Assembly: GCA_031835245.2 (NCBI GenBank) | Contig: JAVKOQ020000005.1 | Coordinates: 310,001 to 374,000 of the forward strand | Length of the DNA: 64,000 bases | Origin: Balamuthia mandrillaris | Taxonomy: Eukaryota | Direction: 5' to 3' | Part shown: positions 26,706 to 39,228 of the stretch, piece by piece | Position numbering within the stretch: the first letter of the stretch is position 1 | Layout: each line of letters starts with the position of its first letter | Made by a program: the position numbers and the translations under genes | The notes under the pieces: model-generated | The model's database searches: none | The model's input: the letters and a program-made list of their open reading frames with translations, nothing else | What the model was told of the DNA's origin: nothing

Positions 26706-27783
26706 TCAGTTTCTGTTTCCTGGGCGCTTTCCTCTTCCAGACTTGTTCCCTTTTCCTCCTCTCCCGTTGCTCTTCTTTATATCTTTGTTCTCCTTTGACT
26801 TCTCCCTCGTCTTCTTTCTCTTGTTTCTGTTGTTGTTGTTGTTGTTGTGGCCACTGTCGGGGTCGTTCGTCTTATGGCTGTTGTGGCATCGTTTGCGGGA
26901 GGAGGATTGCGGACGCTTTGCTCTCGCAAAGCCCAAAAAGTCGCAAAGCCAGGGATCACTCTCCAGAAGGGAAGAAGCGACGCCCAACTCGCTTAGCACG
27001 TCGCTCACCTCGCAGAAGAGTTTGGAGAGGTCGTTTCTCCTGCGTTGCGAGCGGGTGAGGACCGGTTGGTCAGCGCCTCCTAGCATCGCATATCGATGGG
27101 TATCCAAACCCAGCTGGTTGAGCGGGAAGAGCCAACGGTCGCTCTTTCGTTCTTTAATATAAGAGCTCCTGCTTCGTGTTTTGTCTTCTTCCGTCGATTG
27201 CTGGGTCCCTACAATCTCTTCGTTGGCGACCTGCTTCTCCAGTATCCTTTTCTGTTGTTCCTCCTCATCCTCTTGCTGATGGTTCTCCTCTTCTGCATCA
27301 TTAGGGCGCATAGGGGACAGTTCGTAGGGTGGTGGCAGTGGAGAGGCCGGAAGAGAAGGTATTTGGGAGGTAGGCGGAAGCTGTAAAGAGCAGGAGCCAA
27401 TCTGAGTTTCCTCGCGTTCATTCGCAGGCAGTTGTGTGCTCTGACTGTCTTCCGTATAAGAAGCGCCCAGAAGAGAAGCGTTTTCCGTTGCGGCCGCGGT
27501 AGAGCTGACGGATGCCGGTTGCCTAGGTTCCTTCGGTTGGGTTTGTCGTTCCGTCTGAACCACATGTGCATCCAGAATTGCCTTGACGAAAGAAGGTGAA
27601 GGTGGAGGCGAGGGTGAAGCAGTCGTGTGACTACCGCGAGTTGGTCCCACGGTTTCCCTCGCAATCGCAACATCAGGTTCATATGCAGAAGAAGCGCCGT
27701 TGCTCGGCCGCCATTGAAACTCAAACTGAAAGGAAGAGTCCTCTGCGTCTTCACTGCCAGGCAGGATAGGGTCGTTCTGCGAG
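26706..27783 (-). CDS. Hypothetical low-complexity protein; first exon and start unresolved
   Basis: Frame of ORF 26706-27650 stays open upstream to about 27783, where TAG could be a splice acceptor; no recognisable domain. Confidence 0.4.
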
Positions 27784-28214
27784 CTCTATTTTAGTCCCTC
27801 CATCATCCACGGAAGTCAAGGAGAGATGGATGAGCCATGAGCGCTGTTTGTGAAAAGAGAAAGAAAGAACTTTTGGTACCACGGAACAAGCCGGCGACTC
27901 TAAAGTTTGGCTCATCTCCTTTCATGAAACGCAAAGAGAGCGAGTGAGAGCGAGAAAGAGAGCCCTGCGGCAGGTGGCTTGGCTTGACTTGCTGCGCGTG
28001 CGTGTCCTTCCGTCCTGCTACATTTTTTCTAAAACTAAACAAAAACAGTGGGGTGGGGCGGGGCGGGGGCGGGGCGGGGCCTTTGCTGGCCGATAAGATA
28101 TGCATTGTGCCCTTCCCCCAACCCCCCTTCACTTCTGCTACGCTTTTACAGACTCATCCCACCGTGTCGTCCCGGTAATTAATCCATGTCGTCCCAGGAA
28201 ACATTCGCGTCGTC

Positions 28215-28617
28215 ATGGAAAGAGAAACTCTCTTGGCTGCAAGTGGACGTGCTGGCCAGTGCTGTGGTAGTGGTGGTGGAGGTGCACCTCTCAGAAAGGG
28301 AGGGCGAAGCCTGGGCGATATGGAGAGCCCCTTCAAGCTGGAGGTCAAGGTGCTTTCCTACAACCTGAACCTGCTGCCCAAGGGAGTGAACCCGGTGGGC
28401 CACCGCTACAAGACCGCTCGCCTGAAGGAGTTTGTCCGCTGCCTGCCAGACTACGACGTGGTGGCCCTGCAGGAGGTCTTCTCCACGCCCTTCTTGTTGG
28501 GTTGGGGATGCCGCCAGAAGGAGCTCATTCGCATAGCCTACAAGCACGGCTTTAGCTTTGTGCGAAGCACCCAGCCTCGTCTCTGGGACATTGTTACCAT
28601 GCGTAAGGTTCTCGTCC

Positions 28618-28649
<32 letters not shown>

Positions 28650-31600
28650 ACACTTTCTCTCTTTGCTTCCCTGCCTCTCCCTCTTCTCCCGTTCTTTCTC
28701 TTCTCACTCTCTTCTGTTCCGTGCTGCTGATCGCATATGATCAACAGGTGACGGACAGTGGGCTGTTGATTCTGAGCAAGTTCCCAATCGTGGAGAGCGG
28801 GAGCATGCAATTCCAACAAGGAGCACACATGGACGCAGGCGCCGCCAAGGGAGGCATCTACGCTCTCCTTAAGATAGGCAACGCCCACCTGCTGGTCTTC
28901 AACACCCACCTTCAGGCCACCCACAGCTCCTCTGGCTCCTCCTCCGGCTCTTCTCGTCGTGGTATCAGGGGCAGCAGCGCTGCTGACAGCGCCTACGATA
29001 GCATACGCTACCACCAGCTGGTGGAGCTGCGCCGCTTCATCCACACACAGAGCCACATGAACGGGAAGAACGTACCCTGGATCCTCACCGGCGACTTCAA
29101 CATCGATGCCATCTCCCGCCCCGCTGTGGCGGATGAGTATGGATACGTCTATGACAACACCAGCATCGAGAGCGAGGAGTACAAGAAGATGGTGGCCATT
29201 TTGGATCCTACTGGTCATGTGAGGGACCTCTTGAAGGAATGTAATGGAGGAGAACATCCGCCTACCAGGTTGCTTGTTTGTTCTTTTCTCTCTTCGCCTA
29301 TCCTTTCTTGTGTTAACGTTGTTTCTCTTTCGGACGCTTCTCGGAACAGACCACCACGGTTGGAGTTTCCAAGTTCAGTGGACCTGGTATTCAAACACAA
29401 GTATCCACAACGTCTGGATTACATATTTTTCATGGGTGGAGACGAGGAGAGCTCCATCCAGGTACCATTCTGCGACAACGCGGAGAAGAAACACACAGTG
29501 GTGGTTCCTTTCGTGGTGAAAGATAAGCGCTACTACTCCCACATCAGCGACCACTATGGTATCCAAACTACACTTACGTACGAAGGCAAGGACGAGGAGG
29601 AGGCCCTTCTCTTCTCCACAGAAAAGACCTTTGGCAATATATTCTCAGAGCCCGCCCCCGTTCGCTCTCAATCCTCCTCTATTGACACATTGGACTTTCA
29701 ATTCTTCTCCAGGGAAGGCCAGTTTTGGAGCTACCTCTATACCTTCCTGCTGCTAGCTCTGATCTTTGTAATTGCTCATGGCTTTGGTTGGATTGATCTC
29801 AGCATGAGCACTCTGGTGAAGTTGTTGATGGGATTGTTGCTCTTCATCGGATGGAAGTTATATCGCTTCTGGAAGAAACGGCGGAAAAGACGAAGGCATG
29901 GCTTTATGGCGGGTTATGGCGGGCTCGTTTCGAATCGGCTCGGTTGGAGGCCCTTCACTCAAACCAACATCAAAGATCCTATTGGCGTTTACGATGAAAT
30001 CGCTGGAGAGGGACCAGCTCACCGTTCTCCTCACTTTCCTGACCAATTGCTCGATGTGTCTGACAGCAAAGTTGCTACTCTTTACGAAAACTTCAAGTTC
30101 TCTTCCCTCCCTCCCCTCTCTCTCTCTCTCTCGCTATCTCTCTCCCTCCGTTGTGGATTCCATGTACTAACATCGTGTGATACATTAGACATGCCGTAAA
30201 GCATTATGGTTATCGGCCATGCCTTGGTACGCGTTCCGTTAATAGTGATGGAACCAGAGGTCCATACAAATGGATTACATATGACGACCTTGGGTATTTT
30301 GTTGATCGCTGTTTTGTTTGTTCTTTTTGTTTTCTTCTTCTTTAATGCTCACTACTTCCTTTCTGGTCCAGCCGGCGAATGTCCAACTTTGGCTCCGGCC
30401 TGTATAACCTGGGACTGCGCAAGGTGATCCTCTTTCGACGTCGCTCTCCTTAACTCTAGGCACACTAACGCGTAATTCTTTCAAGGGGTCGTTGTTAGGC
30501 ATTTGCAGCGAGAATCGCACTGAATGGATTGTCGCCGATTTAGCTTGTAATTCTTACTCGTTTGTGTCTGTACCCTTATTTGAAGCTGGTATGTCTTGTT
30601 ATTTCAGCAGTTTTAAGCTATGCCTTCGCGTCTTCGAAGAATGCTCTCTCTTACATTTATATTGCTCAGAAAATTACTATCTTCCCTATGTAATAAAGCA
30701 CGCCCAACTTACAGTTATTGTTTGCAGTCGGAGTAAAACATTCAAGGTAAGCTATTGCTTTGGTGAAATTCTTCCCAACACTAATTACTTATTTCTTGAA
30801 CATTCAGTTATTAGAAGTTGCTCAAGAATGCCCATCCTTGCGGATTCTCATTCAAATGGAGCCGATACAATACGAAGAAAGCTACCTAGCAGACAAACAA
30901 CAGATCAAACTCATTCCCTTTACCTTTGTGGAAAAAGATGTGCGCACCTCTTATTCATGTCGACTTTGTTGGCGGCTTACAAAAATTTAATGATTGCAGG
31001 GCATACGGGAACCTCAATCTCCTGATCCGCCGCACACCAATGACCTGGCGACCATCTTGTATGATATAAACACTCGAGGAGAAGTGAAGGTATTATCGTC
31101 ATCTTCTCGTTGTTCCTTCCTCGTGTTGTTAATCTTAGTTGGCTCTTTGAAAAGGGTATTATGCTCTCTCACAACAATCTGCTGGTAGGCAGCAAGGCAC
31201 TGATCTATCAAGGCAGGTCTAAACTAAAGCTAACATGCGACGATGTCCATTTTTCCTACTTTCCTTTACGGCTGCGGGTAGAACGCTCAGTAGTAACTTT
31301 GATGTTCTCCGTTGGTGGCAGTGTGGGATTTTGCCAAGAGGTTTGTCATTGTGTTTTATATTTTATGCATAGGCATTAACCTTGTGTTAAATAGGATAAC
31401 TCCAAACTGTTTGACGACATTCAAAAGCTACGACCCACGATCCTGTTTGGGCTTCCAGGCATGTTCATTAGGCTATACAGGAAATACAAAATCATCATAT
31501 CTTCATGGTGGGGACCTAAGCGGTGGCTGTTCAGTCGTATCTATATGCTGAAACAAGAAGCTTTGAAGCAACGTTGGTTTTACTCTTTGCCAATGACAAT

Positions 31601-33076
31601 GTTCTCTGCTTGGTGTTGATGGAACTGACCACTTGCTGTTTCTTTAGGGCGAAATACTGAGTTTTGGAATAGGGCACTCTTTCGGAGGTTCTCATCTCGC
31701 TTAGGAGGTAGAGTAAGACTCATAGTGGTCCTCAGTGATGGATTAATGCCCTCCGTCCACAAAGAGTTTTTGCAAATGTAAGAAACTACTTCTCTTCTTG
31801 CTCATGTTGCTTCGCTCACTCCTCAAACCTCCATCAAGATGCTTCTGTTGCTCAGTTTCTCAATGCTATGCAAAGACAGCGCTCGGCGTGGCAACATGCA
31901 GCTCTTTGGACTGTTTTAGTGAGGATGAGCAGGCTGGATATCCAATGCCGTGTAATGGTTTGCACACCCATCACTCATTATCTTACGCTTGTCATTATTG
32001 TAATTAAAAATGTCTGGCGACTGTTATTCAAACAATACAGAGATAAAGCTGCAGGACGTCAAATCAAAAGGGTGGACGTCTCATTCGCCACCAGAACGTG
32101 GAAGGATCAAGATTCGCGGCAGTAACGTGATGGTTGGCTACTACAAAGAGCAGAGTCTAACGTAAGCCTCAGACAGCCCTTCTTCCTCTAGTTCAAAAAA
32201 CTATAACACAAACAATTTTAAATAGGGAGGAACGAATAAGCAAGGATGGATGGTTGCTCACAAATGAAATAGGCCAATGGAATGTTAATGGAAGCCTCAC
32301 CATCCTGGGCCATGAGCAAGGTGTCTTAGAACCTGTAAAGGGACAAATTGTTTTGTAAGTCTTTGCTTCTTGCTTTCTTGTTATTTCTTCCTTCCTCTTA
32401 TTTTTCCCCACTTACCTTTCGCTTGTTTGCCCGCATGCAGCAACAAATATTTAGAGAATTTGTATCTAGAAAGTACATTTGTGCAGCAAATATGGGTCAC
32501 ATGCAAGCGCTACCGACCGCTAGTGGCCATCATCGTGCCCGACTTTGAGCTTCTCTTCTGGTGGGCCAAGGAAAACAACATTCAGCATGACTTTCGAATC
32601 TCAACCCTCTGCGAGGATCCACGCCTCAAAAGTGCAGTGCTTAAGGACCTGAGAGCGGTCGCAGATTCCCACACCAATGTACCTTTTGCCCTTTCATTCT
32701 CTCACCTCTCTGCTTCTCTTCTTCCTTCTCTCTCTCTTTTCCACACTATCTTAACGCTATAGTGTGCATTCATTCTTGCGTTCAAAAGCTGAGTGCGTGG
32801 GAATACATCAAAGCCATTCATCTATCGCCCGTGTTGTTCTCGGTGGAGAACCAGCTGATAACCCCTTCGTTCAACCTGCGGCGGCACCAGCTGTCGAAAC
32901 GCTTCCGACAGGAGATCATCCAGATGTACAAAGACATGGGAGCCCACGTCTCCAAAGCCAAAGGCAAGGCCCATCTCAAGAACAGCCTGACCCTTCCCAC
33001 CTACACCACCTTCAGAAACCAACCCTACATCCCAAAGTCTGCCTCGTTGCTTCAACCAACCGTTAGCAAGGATTAA
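28215..33076 (+). CDS. Fusion of a sphingomyelinase-like EEP phosphodiesterase, 2 TM helices and a degenerate long-chain acyl-CoA synthetase domain; multi-exon
   Basis: EEP motifs SYNLNLLP, ALQEVF, DSGLLILSKFPI, NTHLQA, GDFN, RLDYIF, SDHYG; ACSL-like TLYENF..PCLGTR..GPYKWITY, GICSENRTEW, YLENLYLESTFVQQIWV, LVAIIVPD, FSVENQLITPSF. Confidence 0.85.
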
Positions 33077-33314
33077 AGCGCTTCTGTTCTCGTCTCTCTC
33101 TTTCTCTTCTCTCTCTCACCTCTCTAATAGGATAATAGGTGATATGATGATGACCTATTAGTAAAATTTTCAATAATTTTGCTATTAGGGATACTTCATT
33201 TGTTAATCCCATGCTAATAGATGAGGCTACAGCAAGTCTATTAGGGAGGGTCGCCAAAAAAAAAAAAAGGGCAGAGCGCCAAAGGAAAGAAGGAGGAGGC
33301 ACAACGCACACGCC

Positions 33315-34094
33315 ATGGGTAAACAAAGGGAAAGCGCCGCGGTTGCCACCTCACAGCAGCAGCAACAACAGACGGCCGGGAGAAAATCTCAGTGGTCGAC
33401 CTCTTTCTCGGACGCTCTGCTGGGCGTGGCCTGCGCCTACGCCGTTTCGATCCTCCTTCACATCGACGCCAAAGATCTCTCCACCGCCTTCAAGGATGGC
33501 CAGGTGCCCAGCCTGGACGCCGTGACGGCCTACCTCGGCTCCTTCTCCGTGCCCCGCCTCTACTCTGCCATCTGCTTCCTTATGATGGGGGTGGCCGCCT
33601 CCCTGGGCGTCTTTCGCTTTGCCCTCCAGGTCGGGCCAATCATCCTCCTCCACGAGTTCTTTGCCGCTCTCAGCAAGTTCGTGGGCCTGCCCCTGTTGGG
33701 TCTCTCTGCCTGGAGCTTCCTCATGGGGGAGCCCCACGAGTTCATGTTTAAGTCCCTCACCATCCTCTGGCTGCTCTTCCTCTTCTACGAGGTGAGCAAC
33801 TACAGCATGGCCTCCAGCCTCTGCCTCCTCGCCAGTTTCCTCGCTTTGGGTTACTTGGGGCACCATCAGTGGGAGAGGAGCGGCGCTCCCACCGACTTGG
33901 AGAAGATCAGCGCCAACGCCGAGGCCCAGGCCGGCTTGTTGGTGTTGGGCGGCATCGCGCTGAACGTGGTGGCTGGCATCGTGGGCACCAGGGGCACCCT
34001 CCTCTTGGGCCTGAAGAAAGTGGACCTCTTCCATTTCTTCCTGTGCGCCGCCAACGTTGCCATTGCCATGGGTCTCACTGCCATCTATCCTTAA
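33315..34094 (+). CDS. Intronless multi-pass membrane protein (tentatively TMEM276/DUF6962-like)
   Basis: 259-aa ORF with about 6-7 hydrophobic helices, GVAASLGVFRF, GLPLLG, C-terminal DLFHFFL; GC3-rich codons. Confidence 0.7.
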   Translation: MGKQRESAAVATSQQQQQQTAGRKSQWSTSFSDALLGVACAYAVSILLHIDAKDLSTAFKDGQVPSLDAVTAYLGSFSVPRLYSAICFLMMGVAASLGVFRFALQVGPIILLHEFFAALSKFVGLPLLGLSAWSFLMGEPHEFMFKSLTILWLLFLFYEVSNYSMASSLCLLASFLALGYLGHHQWERSGAPTDLEKISANAEAQAGLLVLGGIALNVVAGIVGTRGTLLLGLKKVDLFHFFLCAANVAIAMGLTAIYP

Positions 34095-34260
34095 AACAAA
34101 GAAGAGAGAGAGAGAGAGAGAGAGACGGATGGATGGGTTTATATGTGTTCTTTTCTTTATCATAAGCTTACAATAAAAAACATTCATACATTTAAAAAAA
34201 ATTACAGGCGAATCTATGGGGTTTCGAAACACATAAATGGGGAGGAGGAGGAAAGGTACA

Positions 34261-34637
34261 TCAAGAGCTAAAAGGAGAGGGCAGGTTTTCTTCGGTGCAA
34301 CGGGCTTCGATCCAAGCTCGTTGGTCGTGGTGAAAGGTGCCGCCGTGCATCGGCAGGAGGTTGCAAGGCTCCACGTACTCCAACAGCTCCTTCTCGGACG
34401 ACATTATATGCACCTTGCTCGCCAGCTTTTGTGATAACAGCGGGCGAACCACTGTTGGCGAAACAAGTTAGGAAAAGAGAACGACGAAGAGAATAAAGCG
34501 AGAAAGAGGAGAAGAGGACGGTGAAGAGAAGAAGAAGAGCGAAGGGAGCTGTACCAGCCCAAATGAACTTGAAAAACCATGGACAGTGGAGAAGCATCAC
34601 ATGCCCAATTCTTGCTGTTGAATTTAATGTTGCGTAA

Positions 34638-34672
<35 letters not shown>

Positions 34673-36045
34673 AAACCAGGATACTTGCTAACAATGCCTT
34701 CTATCATAACTCTAGGCATTTTAGGGTCAAAGTTGGAGTATTTAGAACCCTTTCCATCCACAATCACACTAAAACCTTCTTGCTGTGTTAGTTCATCATC
34801 CTTCATTGCTCTGCAATGAGAAAGGCTGCAAAGTCAGAAACCATATATACCAATGAAGTAAAATGAGAAGATTGGGAGTACAAACATATCAAGCAAGTAC
34901 ATTATGGCTCGAACGACTTGCAATGGAGGAGATCGAGAAGGAGCGTAGAACTTTGGAAAGCCTAAAAGTATTCTACGACCCTCTTTATCTCTGGCTTGCT
35001 CCAATAGTCGCAACATGCCGCTCTCTCCATCTTTGCCACCAACCTCCTGAGGATGAGCATGATAATGATAAGAAAGTTTGATGACTGAACACACACATAC
35101 TCTCTCTCTCGTTCCGACGAAGGTGGAAAAAGTACGTTGATAACGTCAGTGAGTTGAATGTTGTAGAGGTTGTGTTGCTTGCGGTATGGAATGGAGCGAT
35201 GTAGCAAAGTGATGGCCTCTTCCACGTTCAGTTTTTTTACACGAAGATATTGCAGTAGCTGTTTGTCAGAAAGCTCGTCGTAGTTGATGTCGCTATCCAT
35301 CATGCTGCTGCTATTGCCATCTTCCTCTTTGACTTTTTCAGCCTGTTCTTGCATCTTCATCAATTTTGCTTTCATCTCCTGCAGTACCACCTTTTCAGCG
35401 TTGCTCAGTTCCTCAATTATTACCTTCTCTTCTTCTTCTTCCTCTTCAATGATCTCCTTCTCTTCCTCTTCTTCCATCTCTTCTTGTTCTTCTTCTACGA
35501 GGTCATCATCCTGTTAACCTGAAAGTAAATATAACGCCATAGAGAGAGAGAGAGAGAGAGAGCGTGAGAGAGAGAGAGAGATGAGACCTCTTCTTCAGAG
35601 TCCAACAGATCATGAGGTGTAGTACAAGACTCAGGAGCATCGCCTAAAACAATGGCAGCCTCCAAGGCAAATATCCACCGCTGAACTGCAGGATACTCTT
35701 TCTTCGGCAACCGAAAGTGGAACTCGTGTTCAATCGGCAAATCCAATTGTCTTGGCTGTAATATTCAGTGAGCCAAAATGAGAAGAATAGCTCTTTGGGA
35801 ATGTACTGCAATACCTGTTGCTGGTCATGAATAAGGGGCGAGAAGTCAGGTCTGTAGACAATAACCTCATAGCACTTTCCAGAACGCTCCAACTTCAACA
35901 GGCAATCCTTAAGAGGAATGGCAACCAGCGGAGGCGCTTCTCCAAACGCTTGTTTACATAGAAAAAAAAAAAGGATATTATATCCGTAAGTGTTTCCTGC
36001 GTAAACAGAAGCGCACGCTCGGGAGAGAAGAGAGAGAGAAGAGAG

Positions 36046-36082
<37 letters not shown>

Positions 36083-38290
36083 GAAATACCTGCAATCTGG
36101 GCACGATTGATATGAAAGCGATAAAACAGTTTTTCATCCTTAAAGCAATGATCTCCCACCACATGTTGAATCAAGCCCTTTTCTCTAAGCTCATCCAATA
36201 TGGTAACGACCTCGCTGCGGCTGTTGATTCGATGGTTGGCCATGTACCAATCAACGGCCTCTTTCCCGACAAAGCATGACTCGTAGGCTTTCAAATGGTA
36301 GTGCCGAGTCTTTATCTGCAATTGTTCAAGTAATTTAGAGTGATAGAACAGATGCGAATAGAGAGAGAAAGAGAAAGCGAGATAAGGACAAGAGCGAACA
36401 GACAAAAGGAGGATAGAAGTACGGTAACACCAATGACAGGGTCCAGCATGGTTAAGAGCAGCTTTTTCAGATGGTTGTCATGAGGTTCCACAAAGACAGC
36501 CAACTCCCAACCGGGCTTCTTTTGTGCTTGGGACAGGTCTCCGCCAACTCTTTCGCCTCCGCGTTGATCCCCCCCATCGTTTTTAACGTCATCCCCATCA
36601 CTCTTTTTTTGTTCAGCAAACTGGTCTTGTTGTTGCTGTTGTTGCTGCTGCACTGGATCTATCTCTCGCAACACGCACCAATGCTTGACCCATTGCTCTT
36701 CTTTCATCTGTACATCCACCCAACCTTCTCTTCGCTTCAAGTGTTGTTCCAGATTGCTACTTTCTTCCGTCTCCACCGCTTCCGTCGTTACTATTTCCTC
36801 CTCTTCTTCCCCATCTTTTTTGCTCTCTCTCATTGTCGAAAGTTCTCCTGAAGATGATAAAGAGGAATTTTTGCTGCCACTTCTTAGCAAAAACCGAGAG
36901 CTCTTCTTACCTATCGACGACTTCTTCGTTAACTTCATGGAGCTCTTTTGTTTGTTGCTCTTGCTCTGTTGCTTGTTTGCGTTGTTAAAGTTTTCGATGT
37001 AGTTGTTCTCCAACTTCGTCAGTTTTTTCATCTTCTTTTTGCCTTCCTTTGTAAACTGGAAGAGAACGTCTCCGTCTGTAAAAGGTCGTCTTGAGCCATG
37101 CGTGGCATGCCGAAACAGACCTGAGGCCCATAGTCGTACTCCTAAGTCAACTGCTTTCTGTCTTGCCAATGGATCCGTTTTTCTATCATAGTTGCTGCTG
37201 CCATTGTCGCTGCTGTTGGAAGGTGCCAAGGTAGGAGAAGAGTGGGCTGGTTCTAGTTCCACGTTATCTAGCAGCCAGTCCACTGCTTCCCTGCCTAATA
37301 AATAAAGCATGAGAGAGAGAAGCAGAGATGGGAGAGGAAGAGAGAAGCAAAACTATAAGGAGGAGGAGACAGAAGAAGCAAGAGGAAGCAGAAACAGAAG
37401 CAGGAGGAGGAGGAGGAGGAGAAAGAGAAAGAGAAAGAGAAAGAGAAAGAGAAAGAGAAAGAGAAAGAGAAAGAGAAAGAGAAAGAGAAAGAGAAAGAGA
37501 AAGAGAAAGAGAAAGAGAAAGAGAAAACGACGACGAGAAGAGCCAAACCAAGAAAAGAGCGACAGTAGCATTGCATTTTGCTGTATTTGCGAAGCTTGAG
37601 CGGCACGCCAAGGTTGGCGTCCAGAAAGCGTTGCCGCAGCTCCTCCAAGTTATGAGCCACCTCCCTCTCCGTGAACGAGCGCTGGCTTTGTCGTCGCACA
37701 GTCTGTGCTTGTGTTTCAGCGCTCGTCCTCTGGCTCTCCTTCTTGTTGGTATTCTTCTTCTTCTTCTTCTTCTGCTCTCCCTCTCTCTTTGCGAGAGCGG
37801 CTGTGCTAGCATCGCTGCTGTGGGTTTTCAAGAGGGAAGAGGTGGAGTGGGGTCTTTTCTTTTCGCTTGCCAAGGAGCGCTCGTTGTTGTTGTTGTTAAC
37901 GGCGGTGGTGGCGATCAAGTCGGTGAGCGAAGAAGGATGAAGAGGACGAGAAGAAGCGGAGGAAGAAGAGGGAGGAACTATGATAGCGGCAAGAGAGGAT
38001 TTGGAGCGAGGAGGCAAGGCTGCGGAGAAGGCGACTGCTTTGCTCTGACGTTGTCGTATCACGGGACTGCTGCTGCTGCACAGACTACCCTCCTCCTTCT
38101 CCTCATCCGCTGCAGACGCAGAAGAAGAAGCAGAAGTAGGGACGATGGGAGGGAAGGGTGGAGTGCTATTCAGCTTCTGCTTCATTTCTTGGCGGAGGCG
38201 AGACTCCGTCGCTCTTGCCCTGGACTCGCCGTAGAGGTAGGCCAGCAAGGCCCCCACCACCGCCACCAACAGCCAATGCAGCCAGTCCAT
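34261..38290 (-). CDS. N-terminal TM, DEP, split PH with inserted DEP, and CRAL-TRIO (Sec14) lipid-binding protein
   Basis: SFLG|REAVDWL and CFVGKEAVDWY DEP motifs; LSDKQLLQYLRVKKLNVEEA, RDKEGRRI, PWFFKFIWA..LLPMHGGT Sec14 motifs. Confidence 0.82.
37418..37527 (+). repeat. Intronic (GAGAAA)n hexamer repeat
   Basis: Visible run. Confidence 0.9.
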
Positions 38291-38537
38291 CTGCTGCTCT
38301 CTGTTCTTTCCTCTTCCTTGTTGTCGACGTTAATTGTGATGACGTCATGTGTATCGTCGACATATAGTATGTACTGACGTCATGCGTTGGTCGTCGACAA
38401 TTTATCACGCTGATGTCAGCAGTATATGTCCACATAAATTGATGACGTTTGCATGTCCGCAAATAAAAGCCGTTTGACAAAATTCGTGTCGACATGGAAG
38501 AAAGCGCTAGGAAAAAAAGAAAAGAAAGAAAAGAGGA

Positions 38538-39182
38538 ATGGGAGCGGACGGAGGCTCGATACCGAGTAGGGCAGAGCTGGTGAAGCTCAAGAAGAAGGCG
38601 GAGAGAAACCCGCCGACGGAGCTGGAACGGACTCGCTGGCAATGCTGCGCCCTCAGCAAGGAACCCCTGCGCGACCCCATCGTCTGCTGCCCTTTGGGCT
38701 ACCTCTTCAACAAGGAGGCCCTCATCACCCACCTCCTGGAAAAGAGTTTGCCCTCCGAGTTTTCTCACATTCGTAGTTTAAAGGTTTTTTTGGCACCACT
38801 TCTTGTTCTTTCCTTATTCTTCTTGTTCTTCTTGTTCTTCTTGTTCTTCTTGTTCTTGTTCTTGTTCTTGTTCTTGTTCTTGTTCTTGTTCTTGTTCTTC
38901 TTCTTGTTCTTCTTGTTCTTCTTGTTCTTTTTCTTCTTCTTCTTCTTCTTCTGTCTTTTCTCTGTTGACTAACCAAAAATAAATAAAGGACGTTATCCCG
39001 GTCCACTTTGCAGCTAATCCGCACTACCAAGAGGCAGCTTCCTCCGCCGTTGCTGCCGACGTCTCCTCTGGCAATGGGGAGGCTCCCTTTGCTTGCCCTA
39101 TCACTGGCCTGGAAGTTAATGGCCTTTACAAGTAAGCTTTTTTCTTTCTCCCCTTTCTTCTTTATCGTTTCTCCTCTCTCTG

Positions 39183-39228
<46 letters not shown>

